From NCBI GenBank assembly GCA_036570185.1, contig DATCPH010000232.1, positions 2,453 to 66,452 of the forward strand: DNA of 64,000 nucleotides, written 5' to 3'. This stretch comes from Candidatus Limnocylindrales bacterium. GTDB taxonomy: Bacteria > Chloroflexota > Limnocylindria > Limnocylindrales > CSP1-4. Below the pieces are notes generated by a model. The model did not search any database. It saw nothing but the letters and a program-made list of their open reading frames with translations, and had not been told where the DNA came from. The stretch's first letter is position 1. Each line of letters opens with the position of its first letter. The position numbers and the translations under genes were made by a program. Below are positions 26,786 to 36,341 of the stretch, in pieces.

Positions 26786-27364
26786 TCAGCCCGCGGCGCC
26801 TCCAACGTTGACGTTGCGTCCGTTGACGGCCGCGGCGACGTCACGGGGCGGCTCTTCGCCAGTCATCGCCTCGCTGTTGAGGCGGTCGGTCAGCAGCAGG
26901 ATCAGGCGAAGCAACTCGCGCTGATCCGTCTCGCTGAGGCCGCCGTAGACGCGGGCCATCATCGCCTGGCGATGGGCGAAGATCTTCGGAACGCTGTCGG
27001 CCTGGGTCGTGAGCTCGACGATCGTGGCGCGCCGGTCGGATGGGTGCGGACGCCTGCGGACCAGCCCCTCCGCCTCGAGACCGTCAACGAGCGCGGTGAT
27101 GTTCCGGGCCGTGACTCCCAGGCGCTGGCTCAGCTCGGCCATGATCTGCGGCCCATGGCGATGAAGCGCGAAGAGGAGCTGCAGCCGCGGCCACGAGAGC
27201 CCGCCCTCGGGCTCGTGGGCTCGTGCCCAGCGGCCGAATGCGGCCCCGAACGCCCCCCAGGCGCCGACCAGTTCCGCGGCCGTGCTGGTTGCCGGCGGAC
27301 GGCTCACCCGCCGCCGCCGTTCGGCCCCGGGCGACTCAGTCGGCCTGCCCGATACTGTAGACAT
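26786..27364 (-). CDS. MarR family transcriptional regulator
   Basis: Winged-HTH region LSWPRLQLLFALHRHGPQIMAELSQRLGVTARNITALVDGLEAEGLVRRRPHPSDRRATIVELT. Divergent from an ABC exporter pair. Confidence 0.8.
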   Translation of the reverse strand: MSTVSGRPTESPGAERRRRVSRPPATSTAAELVGAWGAFGAAFGRWARAHEPEGGLSWPRLQLLFALHRHGPQIMAELSQRLGVTARNITALVDGLEAEGLVRRRPHPSDRRATIVELTTQADSVPKIFAHRQAMMARVYGGLSETDQRELLRLILLLTDRLNSEAMTGEEPPRDVAAAVNGRNVNVGGAAG

Positions 27365-27497
27365 TCATTATCCACCGTGATACTGTCACGGCCTTCATGA
27401 TAGCACTCGGATCCGGCAACCTCCACGCCTCGAACACATTCGGTCCACACGATCGGCCGACGATCGCGGGTACCGTGAACAACGAGGAACGAACCCG

Positions 27498-29246
27498 ATG
27501 ATCCGCCTCCTTCGGACCTACCTTCGGCCGTACTCTGGCCAGCTGACCCTGACCATGGGCCTGTTGCTGATCGGGGCGATCGGGAACCTGTATCTGCCGA
27601 CGCTCAATGGCGACATCATCAACAACGGCGTCGCCAAGGGTGACAACGGGTACATCCTGCAGGCCGGAGCGCTGATGCTCGTGGCGACGTTCGCCCTCGG
27701 AATCGCCTCGATCGCGGCGGTGTATTTCGGCGCGCGGATCGCGATGGGCTTTGGTCGCGACGTTCGCAGCGCGATCTTCCGCAAGGTCGAGAGCTTCAGC
27801 CAGGTCGAAGTGAATCGCTTCGGGCCGCCGTCTCTCATCACCCGGAACACGAACGACGTCCAGCAGGTCCAGATGGTCGTGTTCATGGGCCTCACGATCC
27901 TGGTCTCCGCCCCGATCCTCGCCGTCGGCGGGATCATCCTCGCGGTCCGGCAGGACGTGCCCCTGTCCGGCCTTCTCGTCGTCATCCTGCCGCTCATGGC
28001 CGCCTTCATCGGCCTGGTGATGTCTCGAGCCATCCCCCTCTTCCGGTCCATGCAGGTCAAGCTGGACCGGATCAACCAGGTGATGCGCGAGACCCTCGCC
28101 GGCGTCCGCGTCATCCGGGCCTTCGTCCGGGCGGAGCACGAGGAGGGGCGCTTCGATCAGGCCAACACCGACCTCTTCAACACCGCGATCTCGGTCAACC
28201 GCCTGTTCGCACTGACGATCCCGGTGATGAGTGGGATCTTCAATCTGTCGAGCGTCGCGGTGATGTGGTTCGGCGCCCTCCGCGTGGACAGCGGACAGAT
28301 GCCGATCGGCAACCTCACCGCGTTCCTGCAGTACCTCATGCAGATCCTCTTCGCGGTGATGATGGCCGTTTTCATGTTCGTCTTCGTGCCGCGAGCAGCC
28401 GTCTCGGCCGGTCGGATCCAGGAGGTCCTCGAAACCGATCCGCTCATCTCCGATCCCGAGCGCCCGGTGCCGCTCCCGCCCATCGGGTCCGGGACGCGAC
28501 GTGGGGTCCACGTCGAATTCCGCGACGTCGAGTTCGGCTATCCCGGGGCAGAGCAGCCGGTCCTCCGCGACAACTCCTTCGAGGCCCGGCCCGGCGAGAC
28601 GACGGCCATCATCGGCAGCACCGGCAGCGGCAAGTCGACCCTCATCAACCTGATTCCGCGCTTTTACGACGTCACCGGTGGCTCGGTACTGATTGACGGT
28701 GTCGACGTCCGTGAGATCAACCGCGAGGACCTCTGGCTGCGGATGGGCGTCATCCCCCAGAAGGCGTTCCTCTTCAGTGGGACCGTGGCCTCCAACCTCC
28801 GCTTCGGGGACCAGAACGCGACGGACGACGAGTTGTGGCGGGCGCTCGAGACGGCCCAGGCGCGGGACTTCGTCGAGGAGATGGGCGGCCTTGACGCGCC
28901 GATCACGCAGGGCGGAACGAACGTTTCGGGCGGACAGCGCCAACGACTGGCGATCGCCCGAGCCCTGGTGAAGAACGCCGGGCTGTACATCTTCGACGAG
29001 AGCTTCTCGGCCCTCGACTTTGCGACCGACGCCCGCCTCCGTGCTGCGATCGAACGAGAGCTCGGGTGGGCCACCCTGATCATCGTTGCCCAGCGCGTCG
29101 GCACGATCATGAAAGCCGATCAGATCCTGGTCATGGAGGATGGCCGGATCGTCGGCCGGGGCACCCACGCCGAACTGCTCGACACCAACGAAACCTATCG
29201 CGAGATCGTCTACTCGCAGCTGTCGGCCGCGGAGGCGGTGGCATGA
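27498..29246 (+). CDS. ABC transporter ATP-binding/permease protein (type I exporter half-transporter, MDR-like)
   Basis: 6-TM domain followed by an NBD with Walker A GSTGSGKST, signature VSGGQRQRLAIARA and Walker B LYIFDESFSALD. Confidence 0.9.
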   Translation: MIRLLRTYLRPYSGQLTLTMGLLLIGAIGNLYLPTLNGDIINNGVAKGDNGYILQAGALMLVATFALGIASIAAVYFGARIAMGFGRDVRSAIFRKVESFSQVEVNRFGPPSLITRNTNDVQQVQMVVFMGLTILVSAPILAVGGIILAVRQDVPLSGLLVVILPLMAAFIGLVMSRAIPLFRSMQVKLDRINQVMRETLAGVRVIRAFVRAEHEEGRFDQANTDLFNTAISVNRLFALTIPVMSGIFNLSSVAVMWFGALRVDSGQMPIGNLTAFLQYLMQILFAVMMAVFMFVFVPRAAVSAGRIQEVLETDPLISDPERPVPLPPIGSGTRRGVHVEFRDVEFGYPGAEQPVLRDNSFEARPGETTAIIGSTGSGKSTLINLIPRFYDVTGGSVLIDGVDVREINREDLWLRMGVIPQKAFLFSGTVASNLRFGDQNATDDELWRALETAQARDFVEEMGGLDAPITQGGTNVSGGQRQRLAIARALVKNAGLYIFDESFSALDFATDARLRAAIERELGWATLIIVAQRVGTIMKADQILVMEDGRIVGRGTHAELLDTNETYREIVYSQLSAAEAVA

Positions 29247-31330
29247 GCGAGCAGCGATCCGACTCCGGCCCGAGGACCAACGGCCATCGACCCGATAGCG
29301 CGGGCGCAGGCTCGCCGGCCATGCGTACCGGAGCGGGAAGTCCGCCAGCGGGAGCCGGTGGTCCGCCGCCCGGCGGCCCGATGCGACCGGGCGGGGGTCC
29401 CGGCGGCGGCCGGGGGGCCGGAATGATGGGCTTCGGCATGCCGGTCGCCAAGCCGAAGAACTTCCGGGACGGATTCCTGCGGCTCCTTCGCCGGCTTCGG
29501 CCGGAGTCGCCCCTCGTGATCCTCGTGGTTGCGCTGGCCGTCATCAGCGTGACCCTCGCGGTCATCGGCCCGAAGATCCTCGGCAACGCGACGAACGACA
29601 TCTTCCAGGGGCTCATCAGCAAGCAGCTGCCGGCGGGCGTCACAAAGGAACAGGCTGTCGCCGCCCTGCGGGCGCGCGGCCAGAACCAGCTCGCCGACAT
29701 GCTCAGCGCCATGACCCTCACGCCGGGGGTCGGCGTCGATTTCGGCGCCCTCGGGCAGACGCTGCTCTTTCTCGTGGGCATCTACGTCCTGAGCTCGATC
29801 TTCAGCTGGGGCCAGGCATGGATCATGGCCGGCGTCACGCAGCGGACCGTCTACCGTCTCCGCCAGGATGTCGACCACAAGCTCGCGCGCCTGCCGCTCA
29901 AGTATTTCGATAGCCATCCGCGCGGGGACACGCTCAGCCGGGTCACCAACGACATCGACAACATCGGCCAGACGCTCCAGCAGAGCCTCACCCAGCTCAT
30001 TACCTCGCTCCTGACCGTCGTCGGAGTGCTGATCCTGATGCTGACGATCAGCCCGATCTTGGCGGCGATCTCGCTGCTCGCGGTTCCGGCCTCGATCGTC
30101 GTGACGATCCTGATCGCCGGTCGCTCGCAGAAGCAGTTCATGGCCCAGTGGGCATCGACCGGCGCCCTCAACGGCCACGTCGAGGAGATGCACACGGGCC
30201 ACTCGATCGTGAAGGTGTTCGGGCGCCAGCAAGAGGCGATCGAGGCCTTCGACGCCGAGAACGACCGCCTGTACGACGCGAGCTACCGCGCCCAGTTCAT
30301 CTCCGGGATCATCCAGCCGGCGATGAACTTCATCGCCAACCTCAACTACGTGGCCATCGCCGTGATCGGCGGCCTGCGTGTCGCGTCGGGGCAGCTGAGC
30401 CTGGGCGACGTCATCGCCTTCATCCAGTACTCGCGGCAGTTCACCTTCCCGATCGTCCAGACCGCGAGTATCGCGAACGTCCTGCAATCGGCCGTGGCCT
30501 CTGCCGAGCGGGTCTTCGAGCTCCTCGACGAGCCCGAAGAGGTTCCCGACCCGGTCCGGCCGCGGATCCTTTCGAAGCCGCGGGGCGCGGTCGCGTTCGA
30601 GGACGTCTCGTTCCGGTACGAGCCGGACAAGCCCCTGATCGAGCACCTCGACCTGGTTGCCGATGCGGGCGAGACCGTCGCGATCGTTGGTCCCACGGGT
30701 GCTGGCAAGACCACCCTGGTCAACCTGCTCATGCGCTTCTATGAGCTCGACGGCGGCCGCATCACCATTGACGACATCGACACCCGCGAGCTCACCCGCG
30801 ACAACCTGCGGCGCACGTTCGGGATGGTTCTCCAGGACACCTGGCTGTTCCACGGCACCATTCGCGAGAACATCGCCTACGGTCGCGAGGACGCGACGGA
30901 GGCCGAGATCATCGAAGCGGCCGAGGCGGCCCACGTCGACCACTTCGTGCGAACGCTGCCGGACGGCTACGACTCCGTGATCGATGACGACGCCACGAAC
31001 CTGTCGGCCGGCGAAAAGCAACTGCTCACGATTGCTCGGGCGTTCCTCGCCAATCCCCCGATCCTGATCCTCGACGAGGCGACGAGCTCGGTGGACACGA
31101 GGACGGAAGTTCTGATCCAGCGAGCCATGCAGCGCCTGATGAAGGGCCGGACCACCTTCGTGATCGCCCACCGCTTGTCCACGATTCGCGACGCCGGCAC
31201 GATCCTGGTCATGGACCACGGCAGCATCATCGAGCAGGGCACCCACGAGGAGCTGTTGACTCGGCGGGGCTTCTACTACGAGCTCTACAACAGCCAATTC
31301 GTCGAGCCGCTGGTCGCCGAAGCCGTGTAG
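29243..31330 (+). CDS. ABC transporter ATP-binding/permease protein (second half of heterodimeric exporter) with Gly/Pro-rich N-terminal extension
   Basis: ATGA overlap with the upstream gene. N-terminal about 70 aa of low complexity (GAGSPPAGAGGPPPGGPMRPGGGPGGGRGAGMMGFGMP). Then a TMD, and an NBD with GPTGAGKTT, LSAGEKQLL, LILDEATSSVD. Confidence 0.9.
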   Translation: MSEQRSDSGPRTNGHRPDSAGAGSPAMRTGAGSPPAGAGGPPPGGPMRPGGGPGGGRGAGMMGFGMPVAKPKNFRDGFLRLLRRLRPESPLVILVVALAVISVTLAVIGPKILGNATNDIFQGLISKQLPAGVTKEQAVAALRARGQNQLADMLSAMTLTPGVGVDFGALGQTLLFLVGIYVLSSIFSWGQAWIMAGVTQRTVYRLRQDVDHKLARLPLKYFDSHPRGDTLSRVTNDIDNIGQTLQQSLTQLITSLLTVVGVLILMLTISPILAAISLLAVPASIVVTILIAGRSQKQFMAQWASTGALNGHVEEMHTGHSIVKVFGRQQEAIEAFDAENDRLYDASYRAQFISGIIQPAMNFIANLNYVAIAVIGGLRVASGQLSLGDVIAFIQYSRQFTFPIVQTASIANVLQSAVASAERVFELLDEPEEVPDPVRPRILSKPRGAVAFEDVSFRYEPDKPLIEHLDLVADAGETVAIVGPTGAGKTTLVNLLMRFYELDGGRITIDDIDTRELTRDNLRRTFGMVLQDTWLFHGTIRENIAYGREDATEAEIIEAAEAAHVDHFVRTLPDGYDSVIDDDATNLSAGEKQLLTIARAFLANPPILILDEATSSVDTRTEVLIQRAMQRLMKGRTTFVIAHRLSTIRDAGTILVMDHGSIIEQGTHEELLTRRGFYYELYNSQFVEPLVAEAV

Positions 31331-31435
31331 CGGTCGGGCGGGCCGTCCAGTCGACAGCGTTCCGATGTGAACGCATCGTCACCGGACCAGCGTTCATCGA
31401 ATCGAAAGGATCGACGCGCTACCGTTCGGAGGTAG

Positions 31436-32809
31436 ATGCGCCAGTCTGTCGCGCTCCGGCCCCTTCCGATGCCCCGCACCTGGCCGCTCCGACCGAGCGA
31501 CCTTGCGGCGTTCGCCACGGCAAACGGAATCCTCATTGTCGGGATGTGGGTGCGCCACGGCGGCCTGAACAGCCTCGACAGCCTGGGCACCCAGCTGACC
31601 GCTGCCGGGCAGCTGACCGCCCTGCTCGGCACCTACCTGGTCCTGATCCAGCTCGTCCTCATGTCGAGGAGCCCGTGGCTCGACCAGCTGTTCGGAATGC
31701 CCCGTCTGGCGGCCTGGCATCGGTGGGTCGGGTTTGCCTGCCTGTGGTTGCTCGTGGGACACGGCGTCTTTACGATCGTCGGCTTCTCGATGGTGGATCG
31801 GATCGACCCGATCGGTGAGGCCTGGACGATGCTGACGACCTACCCCTACGTCCTCATGGCAACCGCTGCTCTCGGACTGCTCGTGCTCGTCGGCGTCACG
31901 TCCGTCCGGATCGCCCGACGACACCTTACCTATGAGACCTGGTACTACGTCCACATCTACGCGTATCTCGGGGTTGCGCTCGCCTTCGCCCATCAACTCG
32001 TGGTCGGCACGGACTTCATCAACGACACGCTGGCGCGCGGATACTGGATCGCGCTCTATGCGCTGACCGCCGCCTGCATCCTCTTCTTCCGGATCGGCCC
32101 TCCGATCCAGATGGCATTCCGGCATCGACTTCAAGTGGCGAACGTCGTCTCCGAAGGCCCGGGGGTGATCTCGATCTACGTGACCGGCCGCGATCTCGAT
32201 CGGCTGCCCGTCCGTGCCGGCCAGTTCTTCCTGTGGCGGTTCCTGGCCGGCGATGGGTGGTGGCGGGCGCATCCCTTTTCGATCTCGGCGGCCCCGAACG
32301 GCGAATGGCTGCGGCTGACGGTCAAGGATCGAGGGGACGACACCAGAGCCCTCCAGGCCCTGCGCATCGGCACGCCCGTGTTCGCTGAAGGGCCTTACGG
32401 TGCCTTCACTGGGGCTCTGAGCAGCCGGCCGCGAACCCTGCTGATCGCGGGAGGCATCGGGATCACGCCCCTCCGGGCCCTTCTCGAGGAGATGGCCGCG
32501 CCACCCGGGACCCTCACCCTGATCTACCGGGCCAGTCGCTGGGACGACGTCATCTTTCGTCGTGAGCTCGACGTCCTGATCAAGGCCCGTCTATGGCGGG
32601 TTCACTACGTCGTCGGGCGGCGAGGGCTGGGCGAGGTGCCACGCGAGCCCCTCGATGCCGCCCACATTCGCGCCCTTGTCCCGGACGCGGCAAAGCGCGA
32701 CGTCTTCGTCTGCGGTCCGGACTCCTTGCTCGATGCCGTTCGCCGCAGCCTGGCAATCCTCCGCGTGCCGGTAGCACAGATCCATTTTGAAAGGTTCGCA
32801 TTCTCGTGA
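31436..32809 (+). CDS. Ferric-reductase-like transmembrane domain fused to FAD- and NAD(P)-binding domains (NOX/FRE-type membrane flavoprotein)
   Basis: N-terminal 6-TM domain with paired His residues (HRWVGFACLWLLVGHGV, HIYAYLGVALAFAH). FAD motif HPFSI and NAD motif GGIGITP in the cytoplasmic ferredoxin-reductase-like module. Confidence 0.8.
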   Translation: MRQSVALRPLPMPRTWPLRPSDLAAFATANGILIVGMWVRHGGLNSLDSLGTQLTAAGQLTALLGTYLVLIQLVLMSRSPWLDQLFGMPRLAAWHRWVGFACLWLLVGHGVFTIVGFSMVDRIDPIGEAWTMLTTYPYVLMATAALGLLVLVGVTSVRIARRHLTYETWYYVHIYAYLGVALAFAHQLVVGTDFINDTLARGYWIALYALTAACILFFRIGPPIQMAFRHRLQVANVVSEGPGVISIYVTGRDLDRLPVRAGQFFLWRFLAGDGWWRAHPFSISAAPNGEWLRLTVKDRGDDTRALQALRIGTPVFAEGPYGAFTGALSSRPRTLLIAGGIGITPLRALLEEMAAPPGTLTLIYRASRWDDVIFRRELDVLIKARLWRVHYVVGRRGLGEVPREPLDAAHIRALVPDAAKRDVFVCGPDSLLDAVRRSLAILRVPVAQIHFERFAFS

Positions 32810-33339
32810 GGACGTCCACGGCCCATGGCAGCAGGCTGACTCCGATCCCTACGCGCGCTGTCGTCGCGATCGCCGGAACAGCCCTGGGGCTCATTCTCCT
32901 GTTCAGCTTCAAGACGCCCGATCAGGCCCCGCACCGGCTCGCTGGTGCGGCCGCGCCCGCGGCCTCTGCTGGGCCGATCGCCGCGTCAGGACCGGGCGCG
33001 ACATCGGCGCCGGGAGCGGCCGCAGCTCCAACGGCGGCACCGAAGGCGACGACTGTTACCGGAACGAAGACGGTCATCGGCGACGACGTGCCCAACCAGT
33101 TCGGCGACGTCCAGGTCCAGGTGACGTTCTCCGGCAGGAAGATCACCGACGTCAAGGCTCTGCAGCTGCCCTCCGATCGCGCCCGCTCGGCACAGATCAG
33201 CAATTTCGCCGCGCCGTACCTTCGGACGGAAGCCCTCCAGGCCCAGAGCGCCCAGATCGACCTGATCTCGGGTGCGACGTACACCAGCGAGTCGTACGCG
33301 CAATCGCTGCAATCGGCGATCGACAAGGCTGGCGTTTGA
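32806..33339 (+). CDS. Exported FMN-binding domain protein (flavinylation substrate)
   Basis: N-terminal membrane anchor AVVAIAGTALGLILLF, then an Ala/Pro linker. C-terminal FMN_bind domain with the flavinylation motif DLISGATYTSESY. ATGA-coupled to the upstream gene. Confidence 0.75.
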   Translation: MRTSTAHGSRLTPIPTRAVVAIAGTALGLILLFSFKTPDQAPHRLAGAAAPAASAGPIAASGPGATSAPGAAAAPTAAPKATTVTGTKTVIGDDVPNQFGDVQVQVTFSGRKITDVKALQLPSDRARSAQISNFAAPYLRTEALQAQSAQIDLISGATYTSESYAQSLQSAIDKAGV

Positions 33340-33380
33340 CGGTCGCGGCGCCCACGGAGCTTCGGCCTCAAGCTCGCCCC

Positions 33381-34133
33381 ATGCATCGAGTCGAGCACGC
33401 GATGGGTACGGCGATCAGCGTCGACCTTCGAGATGGCCACATCGGCGACGAGGTGCTCGGCGGGGTTTTCGAGCACTTCCAATCCGTCGACGCCCGCTTC
33501 AGCCCGTTCAAGCCGGACAGCGAGGTGAGCCGCCTCAGCCGCGGCGACATCGTCCTGGAGTCCTGCAGCCCGGATCTTCGAGAGGTCCTCGACTTATGTG
33601 ACGCGGTCCGTCTCGACAGCAACGGATATTTCGACATCCGCGCACACCGCACCGACGGTGATATCGACCCGTCGGGCCTCGTGAAGGGCTGGGCCGTCGA
33701 AGGGGCGGCGAAGATCCTCGACCAGGCCGGCATCCGGAACTACTACATCAATGCGGGCGGAGACGCGTTGATTCGCGGTGAAGCCGGACCGATGCAGCCG
33801 TGGCGCGTGGGAATCCGTCATCCAGAGCGCCCTGACCGGGTCGCCGCGGTCCTCGAGGTCAGGGACCTCGCCGTCGCGACCTCGGGCGCATACGAGCGCG
33901 GAGAGCATGTGATCGATCCGCACACGCACCGCGCGCCCGAGGGCATCCTGAGCGTGACGGTTGTCGGCCCCAGCCTGACCTTTGCCGATGTCTACGCGAC
34001 CGCCGCACTGGCGATGGGGCCGGCAGGCCTCGAGTGGATCGCCTCTCTGCCCGAGTACACCGCCTGCTTCATCACGACCGATCGTCGCCTCGTCTGGACG
34101 CCGGGTTTCGAAGCCCATATGGCATCGCCCTAG
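33381..34133 (+). CDS. apbE: FAD:protein FMN transferase
   Basis: Conserved ApbE N-terminal MGT block (HAMGTAISVD) and overall ApbE pattern. An alternative in-frame TTG start at 33336 overlaps the upstream stop. Confidence 0.8.
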   Translation: MHRVEHAMGTAISVDLRDGHIGDEVLGGVFEHFQSVDARFSPFKPDSEVSRLSRGDIVLESCSPDLREVLDLCDAVRLDSNGYFDIRAHRTDGDIDPSGLVKGWAVEGAAKILDQAGIRNYYINAGGDALIRGEAGPMQPWRVGIRHPERPDRVAAVLEVRDLAVATSGAYERGEHVIDPHTHRAPEGILSVTVVGPSLTFADVYATAALAMGPAGLEWIASLPEYTACFITTDRRLVWTPGFEAHMASP

Positions 34134-34183
34134 CCCGCTCCGGCTGCGGCGTAGCGGGTCGGCGCGCGTCATTGTCGTCGCCC

Positions 34184-35506
34184 TCAGGTCCGCGCCGGCG
34201 CCTCGGCCTCGGCGGATTGCTCCAAGCTCTGCCCTTCGAATGCGGGTCCCCGCGTTCGGTTCCAGGCAACAGACATTCGCGCTCCGCCGCCCGGAGAGTC
34301 GCCGATCTCCCATTTGCCACCGGTGGCCGTGACGATTGCATCGGCGATCGCCAGGCCCAGGCCGGCCCCACCATGCTCTTCGTTCGCTCTATGGAATCGA
34401 TCGAAGATCCGGTCGCGCTCCTCTACCGGAATCCCGGGCCCGGTATCGTCGACGGTGAGTCGGACCCGACCGCCGTCCGTCGACACCTGTACCGCGACGG
34501 CGCCGCCCGGCGGCGAGTACTTCACTGCGTTGTCGAGAAGGACGGAGACGAGTCGCGCGAGCCACTCCGGCGGGGCGGTGACGACTGGGCCCGATAGGCC
34601 GGTTACGCGGAACTTGAGCTCGAGACCGCGGTGATCGCAGACGGCGCGGAAACGCTCTGTCGTTGTCGCCGCGAGGGCGCCCAGGTCAATTGGAGCCGCT
34701 TCGGGGGGGTCGGGCGTGGCATCGAACCGGGCCAGCCACAGAAGGTCGTCCACGAGGCGGTGGAGATGGCGGCTTTCGGCGAGCACGTGCTCGAAACCGC
34801 TCCGATCCAGATCGGGCTCGCGCGGGGAGCCGAGGGCCAGCGAAGCCTCCGCCTCGATGACGGTCAGCGGCGTACGAAGCTCGTGGGAGGCGTCGGCCGT
34901 GAAGTCGAGCTGGCGACGGCGCGCCCGCTCGATGGGCCCCGCGACCCTGCGTCCGATCGTCAAGGATCCGAGGAAGACGAGGAGCAGCACGAGCGGTGCA
35001 ATCGCGACCTCGGCGAGGATGACGGTGTTCTGTGCGTTGGCCATCTCTGCCGTCGATTGCGCTACCTCGATCCAACCCGGCCCCAGCGCTGCGCCGGTGA
35101 GGCGAACCTGAGAGCCGCCCACGCTGGCGATGACCGGCGCCGTGACTCGGCGCTGGTCCAGCGCCAGCGTCGCTCTCGGATCGCTGGCGGTCACCGTCCC
35201 GTCCGGCCCGATCAGCCAGACGAGGAGCGGTGCCTCGAAGCGTCGCCCTTCGCGCTCATCGGTCGCGTCCGGATTCACCGCGGCGATCGGTACGCCGTTC
35301 GCGAACAGCTCGTCGGCGTCGCTCCGGGTCTGCATCGCGGAGATCTCGTCCTGGAGCCGTCGGTCGATGCCGGCCACGAGGTTCCGCTGAACGAGCAGGA
35401 CCACGACCACCGCGACCACGAGGTACAGGACCCCGACGATCGCCGTTGTCGTGGCGGCAACCCGGATCGGGAGGTGTCGGAATCGAGCGGGCGGGCGCGG
35501 AGTCAT
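34184..35506 (-). CDS. Sensor histidine kinase (HAMP + HisKA + HATPase_c)
   Basis: Two TM segments. H-box LDFTADASHELRTPLTVI. N, G1 and G2 boxes (VLLDNAVKYSPPGG, DDTGPGIP, GGAGLGLAI). Confidence 0.85.
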   Translation of the reverse strand: MTPRPPARFRHLPIRVAATTTAIVGVLYLVVAVVVVLLVQRNLVAGIDRRLQDEISAMQTRSDADELFANGVPIAAVNPDATDEREGRRFEAPLLVWLIGPDGTVTASDPRATLALDQRRVTAPVIASVGGSQVRLTGAALGPGWIEVAQSTAEMANAQNTVILAEVAIAPLVLLLVFLGSLTIGRRVAGPIERARRRQLDFTADASHELRTPLTVIEAEASLALGSPREPDLDRSGFEHVLAESRHLHRLVDDLLWLARFDATPDPPEAAPIDLGALAATTTERFRAVCDHRGLELKFRVTGLSGPVVTAPPEWLARLVSVLLDNAVKYSPPGGAVAVQVSTDGGRVRLTVDDTGPGIPVEERDRIFDRFHRANEEHGGAGLGLAIADAIVTATGGKWEIGDSPGGGARMSVAWNRTRGPAFEGQSLEQSAEAEAPART

Positions 35507-35522
35507 GAGGCGAAGCTGTGGC

Positions 35523-36200
35523 TCACGACGCGAGCCGGTAGCCTGCGCCTCGGACCGTCACGATCTGGGCACCGGACCCGGCAAGCTTTGCGCGGAGGCG
35601 GGCGATCTGGACATCGATCGTATTCGAGCCGATCGGCTCCGTTTCATCCTTCCAGGCGTGCTGCGCGATCAGCTGGCGGTTCACCACGGCCGGAGCGCGG
35701 AACATGAGCACCTCGAGGATTCGGAACTCAGTGCCCGTCAAGTGGAGTGGGAAGTCGCCGGCGAGGACGTCCCGCGTCGCCGGGTCGAGAGCCAATGTGC
35801 CCCGCTTCAGGATGCGACCATCGGTACTCCCGGGCCGCCGGACGAGGGCCCGCACTCGGGCAAGGAGCTCATCGAAATCAAACGGTTTCACCAGGTAGTC
35901 GTCGGCTCCAGCGTCGAGCCCGGCCACCCGATCGGCCGGCGCGTCGCGCGCGGTCAACATCAGGACCGCGGTGCCGTTCCCTTCCTGGCGCATCCGGGCG
36001 ACGACTTCGAGGCCAGACGTGTGAGGCATCCGCCAGTCGAGGATGACCACCGCATATTCGTAGAACCGGATGTAGTCGAGCGCCTCGTCGCCGGTCGCGA
36101 CGGCATCGACGAAGTAGCCGCTCCGCTCGAGGCCGCGAACGAGCACGGATCGAAGGGCTTGGTCGTCCTCAGCGACCAGGAGCCGCATGGGGCAAACCAT
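35523..36200 (-). CDS. OmpR-family response regulator
   Basis: Receiver domain (LLVAEDDQALRSVLVRGLERSGYFVDAVATGDEAL...VVILDWRMP) plus winged-helix DNA-binding domain. Confidence 0.9.
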   Translation of the reverse strand: MVCPMRLLVAEDDQALRSVLVRGLERSGYFVDAVATGDEALDYIRFYEYAVVILDWRMPHTSGLEVVARMRQEGNGTAVLMLTARDAPADRVAGLDAGADDYLVKPFDFDELLARVRALVRRPGSTDGRILKRGTLALDPATRDVLAGDFPLHLTGTEFRILEVLMFRAPAVVNRQLIAQHAWKDETEPIGSNTIDVQIARLRAKLAGSGAQIVTVRGAGYRLAS

Positions 36201-36341
36201 TGGGCGCCGTCATCGCGCGAGAGTGTAGGTCGCTCGACCTTACGGCAGCATGACGGCCCCCCGCCAGGTCGCCGAGGTCGCCCCGCGCAGGCCGCCAAGG
36301 CGCCCGTCGAAGCAGCGGGGTCGCTCCGCGAACCTCGTCCG

